DNA from: Pelagibacterium sp.
Lineage (GTDB): Bacteria > Pseudomonadota > Alphaproteobacteria > Rhizobiales > Devosiaceae
DNA: 64,000 bases
Reading direction: 5' to 3'
NCBI RefSeq assembly: GCF_965249125.1
Contig: NZ_OZ252217.1
Coordinates: 235,736-299,735, forward strand
The stretch's first letter is position 1. Each line of letters starts with the position of its first letter. A program made the translations under genes and the position numbers. This document shows, piece after piece, positions 10,380-19,604 of the stretch. The notes under the pieces were generated by a model. It worked only from the letters and a program-made list of their open reading frames with translations. It ran no database searches and was not told the origin of the DNA.

Positions 10380-11060
10380 CTAGGTGTACTCCACGGTATA
10401 TGGCGATGACGCTATCTTGTCTTCGATCCACTTGCGGTCCACCGTGCCATTTCTCACGCGGTCTCGCTGTGCGTTTTCCCCCGCCAGACGCTTATGTGCA
10501 TCAGGGTAGATCGCTTCAACCTGCTCAAAGGGAATGCAAATGACTCCGTCGTCGTCCCCCAGGATCAAATCGCCGGGTTGAACGGCCATAACGCCCACCG
10601 CGATAGGGACATTGACATGACCCGGGCCGCTCTGAAACGGTCCGCGCAGGGTGATCCCTGCTGCAAAGACAGGAAACGGATGGTTGCGGACATGGCCGGA
10701 GTCGCGGATGGCTCCGTTGATGACCACCCCGGCGAGCCCGCGAGTTTCCGCATGGGTCAGCATCATTTCGCCCATGATGGCGTTGTCGAGGGCACCACCG
10801 GCGTCCACCACAATCACGTCGCCGGGCTGTGCCAGATCGATGGCTCGGTGGACAAAAAGGTTGTCGCCTGGACGGGTGGTGACCGTATAAGCGGGGCCAG
10901 CGAGGACTGTGCCACCCGCATGCATTGGGCGGATGGTCGCGGGTGCCGCCAATATGCGCGCCATGCAATCACCGACGACCGCCGTGGGTATGTCGCGGTA
11001 TTTGGCGACATGGTCAGCCGAAACGCGACGCTGGGGCTGGTTTATCTTGAGGGCGTACAT
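10380..11060 (-). CDS. RraA/HMG-aldolase (4-hydroxy-4-methyl-2-oxoglutarate aldolase-like) family protein
   Basis: AGPAYTV, PGDNL, GDVIVVDAGG, AIMGEMM, GAIRD, PGDLILGDDDGV. Confidence 0.85.
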   Translation of the reverse strand: MYALKINQPQRRVSADHVAKYRDIPTAVVGDCMARILAAPATIRPMHAGGTVLAGPAYTVTTRPGDNLFVHRAIDLAQPGDVIVVDAGGALDNAIMGEMMLTHAETRGLAGVVINGAIRDSGHVRNHPFPVFAAGITLRGPFQSGPGHVNVPIAVGVMAVQPGDLILGDDDGVICIPFEQVEAIYPDAHKRLAGENAQRDRVRNGTVDRKWIEDKIASSPYTVEYT

Positions 11061-11131
11061 AGGGTGCTCCAAAAAAGTCTCTCTTACCTCTGCTATCCGA
11101 GCGAGAAAGGGAGAAAAAATACAGATTCCTG

Positions 11132-11146
11132 AGTATCAACCATAAA
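11132..11146. promoter_or_regulatory. Possible LysR binding box (T-N11-A)
   Basis: ATA-N9-TAT in the short divergent intergenic region upstream of the LysR gene. Confidence 0.35.
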
Positions 11147-11150
11147 AATC

Positions 11151-12116
11151 TTGTATATGGGTAGCATGCGTGGATCCCTCGACATCAGGCGGCTGCGATA
11201 CTTCTTGGCCACAGCGGAAACTGGGTCCATTTCGGCTGCGGCCCGGGCGTTGCATACTTCCCAGCCGGCACTGAGCTATCATATGGCCGAGCTCGAGCGT
11301 CTGACGGGCCATGTGCTGCTCTTGCGAGACCGCAGTGGGGTGTCGCTGACAGAGGCGGGAAGGTTGCTGCGCACGCATGCACGTCTCATCCTTGACCAGC
11401 TCGATTTGGCCGAAACTCAACTGGACGCGCTCGAACGGACCGGAGGGAGTCCCTTCGGCCGCGTGCGCATCGCCATCATCTCATCGCTCTCGGCGCGTCT
11501 CATACCGATGCTTGTTGAGCGGGTCCGCGCCGAAATGCCTGACGTGACCCTCCAGCTCGTGGAGGCGGGAACCAATGACATCACGGCTCGACTCGATCGT
11601 GGAGACGTCGACATGGCGGTCTATCTGGCAGCTGATCGCTCACGGTCCGAGCAACAGCTGGCCAGTGAGCAGCTCTATTTTCTCAATTTGGCGGATGATG
11701 AGAACAGATCTGGCAAGCCGTTGAATCTGATGGATCTCGGCTGGCAGCGCCTCATATTGCCAGCCGAGGGCAATCCTTTGCGCGATTTCGTGCAAGCCAG
11801 GGCGCGACAGCATGGCCTTCGTCTGGATGTGGTGCTCGAAGTGGATGGTCTCAATTCGCGTCTGACGGCGGTGGCGAGCGGGGTGGGAGGGACAATCGTT
11901 GGCGCGCAGGGAGTGAGCCAAGACGATCTCGGAACCGTCTACGCTATCCGCGAGATTGTCGAGCCTCGACTTTTCAGACCGATATTTCTTGGGGTCCGCG
12001 AGGACCTTGATCCGTATTTGCAGCGCCAGCTGGGCGGGCTATTGCGGGATTGCCTGCTCAAACTCAGTCTTGATCTTCCTACGGAGAGTGGTCAGTGCTC
12101 CAATCCTGTGATCTAA
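11151..12116 (+). CDS. LysR-family transcriptional regulator
   Basis: N-terminal HTH (LRYFLATAETGSISAAARALHTSQPALS), divergent from the RraA operon; start may be 11166. Confidence 0.9.
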   Translation: MYMGSMRGSLDIRRLRYFLATAETGSISAAARALHTSQPALSYHMAELERLTGHVLLLRDRSGVSLTEAGRLLRTHARLILDQLDLAETQLDALERTGGSPFGRVRIAIISSLSARLIPMLVERVRAEMPDVTLQLVEAGTNDITARLDRGDVDMAVYLAADRSRSEQQLASEQLYFLNLADDENRSGKPLNLMDLGWQRLILPAEGNPLRDFVQARARQHGLRLDVVLEVDGLNSRLTAVASGVGGTIVGAQGVSQDDLGTVYAIREIVEPRLFRPIFLGVREDLDPYLQRQLGGLLRDCLLKLSLDLPTESGQCSNPVI

Positions 12117-12175
12117 GTCAAATAAGAGACACTCGCTCATATTTGCTAAATGAATAACAAGGTAGGGTAATCGGA

Positions 12176-12970
12176 ATGCTTCGTTTCGCTGCAAATCTCA
12201 CGACCATGTATGGGGCCCTTCCGGTGCTAGACGCGATAGCTGCCGCTGCCGGCGATGGATTTGAGGCGGTCGAGTGTCGGACTGTCTTTGATTATCCCAA
12301 GGAAGAGGTGCGCGATGCTCTGGCCCGCCATGGCGTCACCCTTGTTCAGTTCAACTGTCCCATGGGCAATATGGCAGCGGGGGAACGGGGTTTGGCTTGC
12401 GTTCCCGGCAGAGATGACGCTTTTCGGGACTCCATCGTGCCCGCGATCGAATACGCCCGGGCCTTGGGGGTAGGGCAGGTCAATTGCGTTGCCGGGATTC
12501 CGGGCCCAGGCCATCACGACGCGGCGGAGATCGAATCGCTGATGATCGAGAATTTAACCTACGCAGCGCCACGCTTTGCGGATGCAGGGGTCAAGCTCCA
12601 AATCGAGCCGATCAATCCGGTGGACAACAAGGGTGTCTTCTTCACCAGAACCGACCAGTTCGAGCGCATCCACGAACGCGTTGGCAGCGACAACCTCTAC
12701 CTCCAATACGACTTCTACCACTTGCAGATTACTCAAGGAGACCTGCTGCGCCATTTCGAACGCCTGCAGCCCCTCATAAACCACGTTCAGGTGGCTGGCG
12801 TCCCAAACCGCGATGAACCTGACAATGGCGAAGTCGCCTACTCCTTCGTCCTCTCCGAGCTCGAGCGCCTCGGCTACCAAGGCTGGGTCGGGTGCGAGTA
12901 CGTTCCGGCTGGGACGGCGGCTGAGGGTCTTTCGTGGCTGGACGAGTACAGGCGATCAGCCACCATGTAA
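12176..12970 (+). CDS. hyi: Hydroxypyruvate isomerase / OtnI family TIM-barrel isomerase
   Basis: RFAANL, GFEAVE, IEPINP, LQYDFYHLQI, HVQVAGVPNRDEP, GWVGCEY. Confidence 0.85.
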   Translation: MLRFAANLTTMYGALPVLDAIAAAAGDGFEAVECRTVFDYPKEEVRDALARHGVTLVQFNCPMGNMAAGERGLACVPGRDDAFRDSIVPAIEYARALGVGQVNCVAGIPGPGHHDAAEIESLMIENLTYAAPRFADAGVKLQIEPINPVDNKGVFFTRTDQFERIHERVGSDNLYLQYDFYHLQITQGDLLRHFERLQPLINHVQVAGVPNRDEPDNGEVAYSFVLSELERLGYQGWVGCEYVPAGTAAEGLSWLDEYRRSATM

Positions 12971-13031
12971 GTGCGAAAACTGAAGCAGCCGGCATTTTGG
13001 CGCTCGGATTCCGAGATCCTCCAGTTGCGAG

Positions 13032-13361
13032 GTGCGATGGTGTATGTCTCTCGACGGGGATGCCGTTATGAGCGTCGGCGGCGCCAGTTGCAGTGGGGCC
13101 ATGGCTAATTATATTGGCAGCCTGCCTGACTACCACCGTGACGAAGCGTCTTCTGCCAATTGGGGCATCAGAGAACTGCGTTGCATTCCCCGCGCCGTCC
13201 GTCTGGTTGAGGTTGCGCGAGAGCGGTTTCGAATTGTGCTGGACGAGACACAGAAGCGGCGCACGGCGCTTCACGACCTCGCCACGGCTTGGTGGGAGAG
13301 TGGCAAGACCATACAGCCAGCGCGCGAGGCCTATTGGCTAAGCGATTGGCAAAAATCCTGA
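13032..13361 (+). CDS. Hypothetical protein (109 aa), possibly a remnant
   Basis: Standalone ORF in an otherwise empty gap; GTG start; no recognisable motif. Confidence 0.3.
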   Translation: MRWCMSLDGDAVMSVGGASCSGAMANYIGSLPDYHRDEASSANWGIRELRCIPRAVRLVEVARERFRIVLDETQKRRTALHDLATAWWESGKTIQPAREAYWLSDWQKS

Positions 13362-13449
13362 GATCGACAACGGATTTCCAAAGTTGAGCCTTCGGGTTTG
13401 TTCGGCCCTGCCTTTTATTTCATAAGCAGCCGAGACGTTCTGGCCACAA

Positions 13450-13550
13450 ACGGTGTGACAGCTTATTGGTAATTTCGATCCGATTGCCGACGGGCAGCTT
13501 TCGGCCCCTTTGTTGTCTCTCATCCGAACTGACAGCAACTGGCGCCAGGG
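13450..13550. repeat. Cluster of degenerate palindromic junction repeats
   Basis: 24-mers GCCGACGGGCAGCTTTCGGCCCCT (13486) and CCGAACTGACAGCAACTGGCGCCA (13524) match the units at 26516, 26657, 53344, 56177 and 62227. Confidence 0.65.
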
Positions 13551-13601
13551 AGTGGCCGCCCAAGGCCGATTACATTTGCTTGAAGCTCTGTTCACATATG
13601 C

Positions 13602-13958
13602 CTATCGTGCAATTGCCGTGACCTGTATTTCGACACGCAACGCTGGATCGGCAAGCTTTGCCTCAACGCATACGCGGGCAGGGGCGTGCTCGGGAACGAT
13701 CCAGCTGTCCCAGACTTTGTTCATCTCGTTATAATCCGAGATATCTGCCAGCCAGATGGTTGCCGAGATCATGTTTGACTTGTCACATCCCGCCTCAGCG
13801 AGAACGTCATCGATTGCTTCAAGGGTCTGCGCAGTTTGAGTCGCAACGTCGAGGGAGTTTTCACGAGCAACTTGACCGGCCAGAACGATGATATCGGAAG
13901 CGGAAGAATATCGCACAGCTTGGCTCATGCGCGATCCCGGTCTTATTCTTTTTACCAT
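13602..13958 (-). CDS. Rid (YjgF/YER057c/UK114) family protein, YoaB-like
   Basis: RMSQAV, LAGQV, QTAQTLEAID, WDSW...PARVCVEAKLA, VEIQVTA. Confidence 0.9.
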   Translation of the reverse strand: MVKRIRPGSRMSQAVRYSSASDIIVLAGQVARENSLDVATQTAQTLEAIDDVLAEAGCDKSNMISATIWLADISDYNEMNKVWDSWIVPEHAPARVCVEAKLADPALRVEIQVTAIAR

Positions 13959-13990
13959 ATGAGCTCTCCATTTTTTGTAGGTCGAGGAAC

Positions 13991-14617
13991 TTAGCCCCTT
14001 AGCGGTGCGACAACCCTTGAGCAGATCCAGAGCACTTCGGCATCATCGTCTGAAGCTTTGAGCAAGGCATGGCCCATCGTGCTGTCAAAATAGACGCTAT
14101 CGCCAGCAAAGAGTCGGGTGGGTGCGTAGAACTGGGTGTGCAGTTCGACCTCCCCGAACAGGACATAGACAAACTCCTCCCCTGCGTGCGACAGCATCTC
14201 GGGAAAGCTGGCAATGTCGTTGGCCTTGATCGTGGCGCGTAACGGCACAAACTGCTTGTTGGCAAGATCGGTACACAGCATCTGATAATCGTACTGATCT
14301 GTCGAATGGGCGATGCCTTCACCTTTTCGTGTAACGGTTCTGCGCCCCCCCACCGAGGTCGTCTGCCGCCTGGAAAACAAGTCTGCCACATCGACATCGA
14401 GCCCCTCGCTCAGGCTCAGAATCGTATCGTAGGTCGGCGACATCTGGCCGTTTTCGATCTTGGAAAGCGTTGAGGGCGCCAACTGGCAAAGCCGCGCGAG
14501 CTCGTTGAGCGTAAAACCACGCGCCTGTCGCATGAGCCGCAATGTTTCGGCTATTGATGAGTTGGGATTTCGCGCCGAACGCAACGCGATCGAGTGTGCA
14601 GCACCTTTGTTCATCAA
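13991..14617 (-). CDS. XRE-family regulator with C-terminal cupin domain
   Basis: HTH (TLNELARLCQLAPSTLSKIENG) plus cupin (HAGEEFVYVL, GDSVYFDS..GH). Confidence 0.9.
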   Translation of the reverse strand: MMNKGAAHSIALRSARNPNSSIAETLRLMRQARGFTLNELARLCQLAPSTLSKIENGQMSPTYDTILSLSEGLDVDVADLFSRRQTTSVGGRRTVTRKGEGIAHSTDQYDYQMLCTDLANKQFVPLRATIKANDIASFPEMLSHAGEEFVYVLFGEVELHTQFYAPTRLFAGDSVYFDSTMGHALLKASDDDAEVLWICSRVVAPLRG

Positions 14618-14644
14618 CAGCGACCAGTCTTTGTTTGCAAGCGA

Positions 14645-15655
14645 TCAAGCTTGTGCCATTGCTTGGAGCGTCGCAAGGTTGTCCTTGGTAATATAGATGC
14701 CGTTTTCAAGAGCTTTCTTGCGGGCACTGTTGCGCCGATCGCCGGGAAGTCGGGAGACCTCGGCCCCCATCATCTTTTCAACCAAATTGGCCGCACGATC
14801 ACCAAACCCCGTGGTTCCTCCGCGGGCGGGATCAATCAGCAGTATGAACTGGCCAGTGTGAGGGGTTTGTGCTCCGGCATATTGGGACCAGTCGAACTCG
14901 AACGAGAAGTTTCCGCCCGTCAAGGCTGCACCCAGGAGCTCAATCATCATCGAAATCGAGGAGCCCTTGTGACCTCCAAAGGTCAACAGCGCTCCTCCGT
15001 TCAAGACCGCTTGAGGATCGGTGGTGGGCGCGCCGCTGGCGTCGACGCCAGAGTGCTCGGGCAGGGCCTTGCCGGCGCGTGCAGCCATTTGCACGTCGCC
15101 ATTGGACATAGCGGAAGTGGCCAGATCGAAAACCAGGGGATTGCTGGCGCCCCGGACGGGTGCTGCAAATGCAATCGGGTTGGTCCCAAAAAGGGGACTG
15201 CGACCATCAAAGGGCACGGTACAGGCAAAGCTGTTGACTGCTGACAGCGCCACGAGACCCTCACGCGCGAAGGGCTCTACATCTGGCCACAATGCACTCA
15301 GATGGTGCGAATTGCGAATAGCCAGAACGCAGACGCCTGTATCGCGCGCCTTTTCGATCGCAAGGCGTCGACCAGCCGCCAAGGCAACCTGGGCAAACCC
15401 GTTCTCGGCATCGATCCGACAAAACGATGGGGCGCTGTCCTCGATGATCGGCACTGCAGCTCCATTAACCCAGCCGCTTCGCAGCGAATCAATATACCCT
15501 TTCATTCGGAAAATGCCGTGGCTGTGCGACCCGTCCCGCTCGCACATGGCGCAGTTCTCGGCCAGGATCGCAGCAGCGTCTTCACGTACGCCGTTCCTCA
15601 CGAAGATGGCCTTCAACAGGGCTATGAGGTCTGGGTAGGCGACAGCTGACTGCAA
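14645..15655 (-). CDS. dpkA: Ldh_2-family oxidoreductase, Delta1-piperideine/pyrroline-2-carboxylate reductase-like
   Basis: ERDGSHSHGIFR, NSHHLSALWPDVEPFA, FGTNPIAF, FDLATS, GGHKGS and FSFEFDWS closely follow DpkA as recalled. Confidence 0.8.
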   Translation of the reverse strand: MQSAVAYPDLIALLKAIFVRNGVREDAAAILAENCAMCERDGSHSHGIFRMKGYIDSLRSGWVNGAAVPIIEDSAPSFCRIDAENGFAQVALAAGRRLAIEKARDTGVCVLAIRNSHHLSALWPDVEPFAREGLVALSAVNSFACTVPFDGRSPLFGTNPIAFAAPVRGASNPLVFDLATSAMSNGDVQMAARAGKALPEHSGVDASGAPTTDPQAVLNGGALLTFGGHKGSSISMMIELLGAALTGGNFSFEFDWSQYAGAQTPHTGQFILLIDPARGGTTGFGDRAANLVEKMMGAEVSRLPGDRRNSARKKALENGIYITKDNLATLQAMAQA

Positions 15656-15841
15656 GGGGCGAGCTCCTCAAACAATAGGCGCGTTTTTCCGATAAGAAAC
15701 GCTATATCCCGAAACCATGAGCCGACGCAAGTGCGATTGCAGGTGCGGTTCCACGGCGTAACTGGAACAGAAATGCCTGATATTTTATGCGCTTTGGCGC
15801 CAAGGACGGCACAGGCGGCCCCAGAATTTCCCTAGATCGAA

Positions 15842-15885
15842 TTGACAGGGGGTGCAGAGCATGTACTATCGGAAACATCGTTTCC
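15842..15885 (+). promoter_or_regulatory. Sigma70-like promoter with adjacent palindromic operator
   Basis: TTGACA (15842) -16 nt- TACTAT (15864), then the perfect palindrome GGAAAC-ATC-GTTTCC (15871-15885); candidate site for the XRE regulator. Confidence 0.6.
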
Positions 15886-15976
15886 TTTAGGCGCGCTCTT
15901 CGAGGGGCGTTGAGAGCGCCCCACGCAGAAACGCGTGAAATCCATCTTGACGCCCGCAATCGAAAGGGAAATTCGA

Positions 15977-17563
15977 ATGCGTATCGGAAACAGGATGAAC
16001 AAGCCGCTCGCGGCGGCGTTGATGGCCGGCATTGCCGGATTGGCCGGACCCGTCCTCGCCCAGAACTCTGAATTGGTGGTCAACAGTGCTGTGGCGCCGA
16101 GCACGCTCGACCCTGCATGGGCTTGCGGCCTTCAGGAGATCAGCTTTCTTCAGAATTTTTACGTTCGGCTCGTCCAGCACGGCACCGCAGAGGGTCCTGA
16201 AGGTACCCGCGTTGTCGACTATTCCAGCATCGAGCCCTATCTCGCCGATTCCTGGGAGGTGAGCGAGGATGGTTTGACCTACACCTTCTACCTCAAGGAG
16301 GGTTTCACATTCGAAAGCGGCAATCCCGTGGACGCCGAGGCGGTTCGCTATTCCTTCCAGCGTGTCCTCGACATGGCCGGCTGCGGCCGGTTTTTCTTAA
16401 CCGATGGACACATCGATCCTGTCATCTTTGACTCTATTGAAGCGGTGGACCCGCTGACGGTCGTCATCACGCTCAATAAGCCCAACGGCAATATGCTGGG
16501 CGATCTTGCAACTCATGCAGCCTCAATCGTTGATCCTTCGATCATTGAAGCCAATGGTGGCGTCGTGCCGGGGCAGCCCAATGAGTTCATGGCTGCAAAT
16601 GTGACCGAATCCGGTCCCTTCCTGCTCGAATCCTATTCTGCAAATCAGAGCGCCCGGATGGTTGCCAATCCCGAATTTGCGGGAGAGGCCCCAGCCTCGG
16701 ATGCGATCAGTGTGAACTGGATCACCGCGGCACCCACGCTCTTGCTACAGGCGCGCACAGGTCAAGCCGACATCACCTTCGGTCTTGCAAAGCAGGCGGT
16801 GAGCACCATGGGTAACAATCCGGGCACTCGTGTCATTGCTTATACGAACCCCTTTGTGCAGCAGATGATGTTGCCTAACACCAAGGCGCCCTGGGACAAT
16901 GTGTTGTTCCGTGAAGCGGTAGCCCACGCCGTTCCTTACGAGGATATCGTCGAGCGTGTCGCTTATGGGTATGGCACACTCTATTATGGGCCCATCCCCC
17001 CAAGCCTTCCCGGCTTTAATGCGGAGCTGAGCCAGCCGGTCCCCTTCAACCTCGACCGAGCTCGCCAATTGATCGCCGAAATCGGCATCGAAACTCCCGT
17101 CGACATCGAGGTGATGATTCAGGAGGGCGATGCGACCCAGCAGCAGCTGGCCACGATATTGCAGAGCACTTGGACCGAGCTGGGCATCAATCTCAATATC
17201 CGCGTCGCTCCGGCAGCCGAGTTCCAGGACCTCTCCCAGAGCCATCAGGTTCAATCGCTGATGCGTCTTGATGGCCCGGGCGTGTTCGAAGTCGGGTACT
17301 ACTGGGGCTATGACGCTGTCTGCGACAATCCCAACAATCTCACCGAGTATTGCAACCCCGAGGTCGATGCACTGGTCGAACAGTTGCGCGCGTCTTCCGA
17401 TGAAGCCGAGCGTCAGCAGATCATGGATGACGTCACCGAGATATGGCGCTCGGAATTCCCAAAGATCCTCTTCTTTGAAGATCAGCCGGTTGTGGTGCTC
17501 AGCGATGCGGTGAGTGAGTTCACCTTCTCCCCGCTTCCCGATTACCGCTACTGGGCAAAATAG
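15977..17563 (+). CDS. Family-5 ABC substrate-binding protein
   Basis: Signal peptide, LADSWEVSEDGLTYTFYLK, FESGNPVDAEAVRYSF; RBS AAAGGG before 15977. Confidence 0.9.
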   Translation: MRIGNRMNKPLAAALMAGIAGLAGPVLAQNSELVVNSAVAPSTLDPAWACGLQEISFLQNFYVRLVQHGTAEGPEGTRVVDYSSIEPYLADSWEVSEDGLTYTFYLKEGFTFESGNPVDAEAVRYSFQRVLDMAGCGRFFLTDGHIDPVIFDSIEAVDPLTVVITLNKPNGNMLGDLATHAASIVDPSIIEANGGVVPGQPNEFMAANVTESGPFLLESYSANQSARMVANPEFAGEAPASDAISVNWITAAPTLLLQARTGQADITFGLAKQAVSTMGNNPGTRVIAYTNPFVQQMMLPNTKAPWDNVLFREAVAHAVPYEDIVERVAYGYGTLYYGPIPPSLPGFNAELSQPVPFNLDRARQLIAEIGIETPVDIEVMIQEGDATQQQLATILQSTWTELGINLNIRVAPAAEFQDLSQSHQVQSLMRLDGPGVFEVGYYWGYDAVCDNPNNLTEYCNPEVDALVEQLRASSDEAERQQIMDDVTEIWRSEFPKILFFEDQPVVVLSDAVSEFTFSPLPDYRYWAK

Positions 17564-17584
17564 ACTTTCCAGGAGAAAGAACGA

Positions 17585-19603
17585 ATGGCTACGCGAATTG
17601 GTGTCGATATTGGCGGCACGTTCACAGATCTCGTCTATTTCGACGAGCGGACCGGCAAGACGGTGGAGGGCAAGGTTCCCACCGTGCCTTCCGCTCCCGA
17701 AGAAGGCGTGGTCAACGCGATCACACAGCATGTACCCCAAGACATCATCAAGGACGCCGAGTTCTTTCTCCACGGCACAACGGTTGGTCTCAATGCTCTT
17801 TTGGAGCGTCGGGGCGCCAAGGTTGGACTGATCACCACAACAGGTTTCCGCGACGTGCTTGAAATCCGTCGCGGCGACCGGGCCGAGATGTACAATCTGT
17901 TTTGGAAGCAGACCGAGCCTTTGGTTCCGCGTCGGCTGCGGCTTGAAGTGGATGGACGGGTGCTCGGCAATGGCAGTGAATACCGGCCCCTCGATGAGGA
18001 AAGCGTTCGCGCTGCCACAAAAAAGCTCATCGCCGAGGGCGTAGATGCTATCGCTGTCAGCTTGATCAATGCCTATGCCAATCCCGATCATGAACTGGCG
18101 GTTGAAGCCATATTGCGCAACGAAGATTTTGAGGGAGGCATCTCACTTTCCCACAAAATCTCGGGCGAATATCGCGAGTATGAGCGCACCTCGACGACGT
18201 GCATCGATGCTTTCGTGCGGGGCCGGATGTCGAATTATCTTCGGCGGCTAGACGGGCGCCTTCGCGAACTTGGGTTCAACGGCATATCCCTTATTACCCG
18301 GTCCGGCTCTGGATCGATGACGTTCGCAGAGGCCGAAGATCGACCCTTTGAAACGATCATGTCGGGGCCTGTAGGGGGCGCCCAGGGCGCCAGCGAATTG
18401 GCAAAGCTGCTCGGGATCAAGGCGCTTGTTACAGCCGATGTTGGCGGAACCAGCTTTGATACCGCGCTCGTGATCGATGGGCAGCCTCAGGTTCTGTTTG
18501 AAGGGGTGATCGACAACATGCCGATCCAGAGCCCATGGGTCGATGTGCGATCCATCGGGTCGGGCGGCGGTTCGATCGCCCATATCGATCCGGGCGGACT
18601 GATGCGCGTTGGCCCCCGGTCAGCAGGGGCTGTGCCCGGCCCGGCCTGTTACGGCAAAGGCGGGACAGAGCCAGCCATGACCGATGCCGCAGCTTGGCTG
18701 GGGATGCTTGGCCCGGGCGACCTTGCGTCCGGCATTCACCTTGACATCGACAAAGCGCGTCAAGCGCTGGAAGCGGTGGGCAGCCACATCGATCAGGATG
18801 TTGAGTCCACAGCAGCAGGCGTCATGCGGATATCTTCGGCTGCGATGGCCAATGCCATGCGGGAGATTTCTCTCGATCAAGGTCTCGACCCCAGGACCAT
18901 CACACTGCTTCCATTTGGTGGTGCCGGTCCGCTCATGGGCACGCTGCTGGCCGACGAGCTTGAGATGAACCACGTCATCATTCCTCCCCTTGCCGGCAAT
19001 TTTTCCGCATGGGGTTTGCTGGGCGCCGATATGGTCCAGTCAACGGCCAGAACGCGGCTGCTTGATTTCGTTCCCGGCGTACTCGAGGAGGTCAACGCCG
19101 TTCTGGGCGAGCTGTTTGCCACGCTCAAGGAGCGCAGCACCGCCCATGAGGACGCTGTACAGTCAGCGCGCTTGGACCTCCGTTATAAGGGACAAGAGCA
19201 TACCCTTACGGTGGAAGTTGATGTGACGGGCGGCAAGATCACCGAGCCCGAGCCAGTTATTCTCGAGCGATTTATCTCTGAATATGGGCGCACATTCGGG
19301 GCAACGATGAACCAGGACGTCGAGCTGGTGTCGGTTCGCGCCAGCACAACGGTTCTTCTGCCACGGCGAGAGCTCAGCTATACGCCCAAACGCTCGGAAG
19401 GCGACAGCGACCGCACCATGGAGGTTTATTCCTTCGAGTCAAAGGCGCGCCTGCCGTTCAGGATCATACCGCGCAGCATAATATCGGGGCGGATCAGCGG
19501 CCCGGCCATCATCACCGAAGACACAACGACAACCTATGTCGATGTTCAATGGACAATCTCGAGCGGCAAGGCCGGAGAGATCATTTTGGAGCGGACACAC
19601 TAA
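17585..19603 (+). CDS. Hydantoinase/oxoprolinase subunit A (ATP-dependent lactamase alpha)
   Basis: GVDIGGTFTD, HGTTVGLNALLERRG, SGPVGG, DVGGTSFD, IGSGGGSIA, GPRSAGAVPGPACYG. Confidence 0.9.
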   Translation: MATRIGVDIGGTFTDLVYFDERTGKTVEGKVPTVPSAPEEGVVNAITQHVPQDIIKDAEFFLHGTTVGLNALLERRGAKVGLITTTGFRDVLEIRRGDRAEMYNLFWKQTEPLVPRRLRLEVDGRVLGNGSEYRPLDEESVRAATKKLIAEGVDAIAVSLINAYANPDHELAVEAILRNEDFEGGISLSHKISGEYREYERTSTTCIDAFVRGRMSNYLRRLDGRLRELGFNGISLITRSGSGSMTFAEAEDRPFETIMSGPVGGAQGASELAKLLGIKALVTADVGGTSFDTALVIDGQPQVLFEGVIDNMPIQSPWVDVRSIGSGGGSIAHIDPGGLMRVGPRSAGAVPGPACYGKGGTEPAMTDAAAWLGMLGPGDLASGIHLDIDKARQALEAVGSHIDQDVESTAAGVMRISSAAMANAMREISLDQGLDPRTITLLPFGGAGPLMGTLLADELEMNHVIIPPLAGNFSAWGLLGADMVQSTARTRLLDFVPGVLEEVNAVLGELFATLKERSTAHEDAVQSARLDLRYKGQEHTLTVEVDVTGGKITEPEPVILERFISEYGRTFGATMNQDVELVSVRASTTVLLPRRELSYTPKRSEGDSDRTMEVYSFESKARLPFRIIPRSIISGRISGPAIITEDTTTTYVDVQWTISSGKAGEIILERTH

Positions 19604-19604
19604 T

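Noticed and set aside
16745-18091. 448-aa minus-strand ORF
   Set aside because: Antisense shadow of the SBP and hydantoinase A genes; no motif, typical of GC-rich coding DNA.
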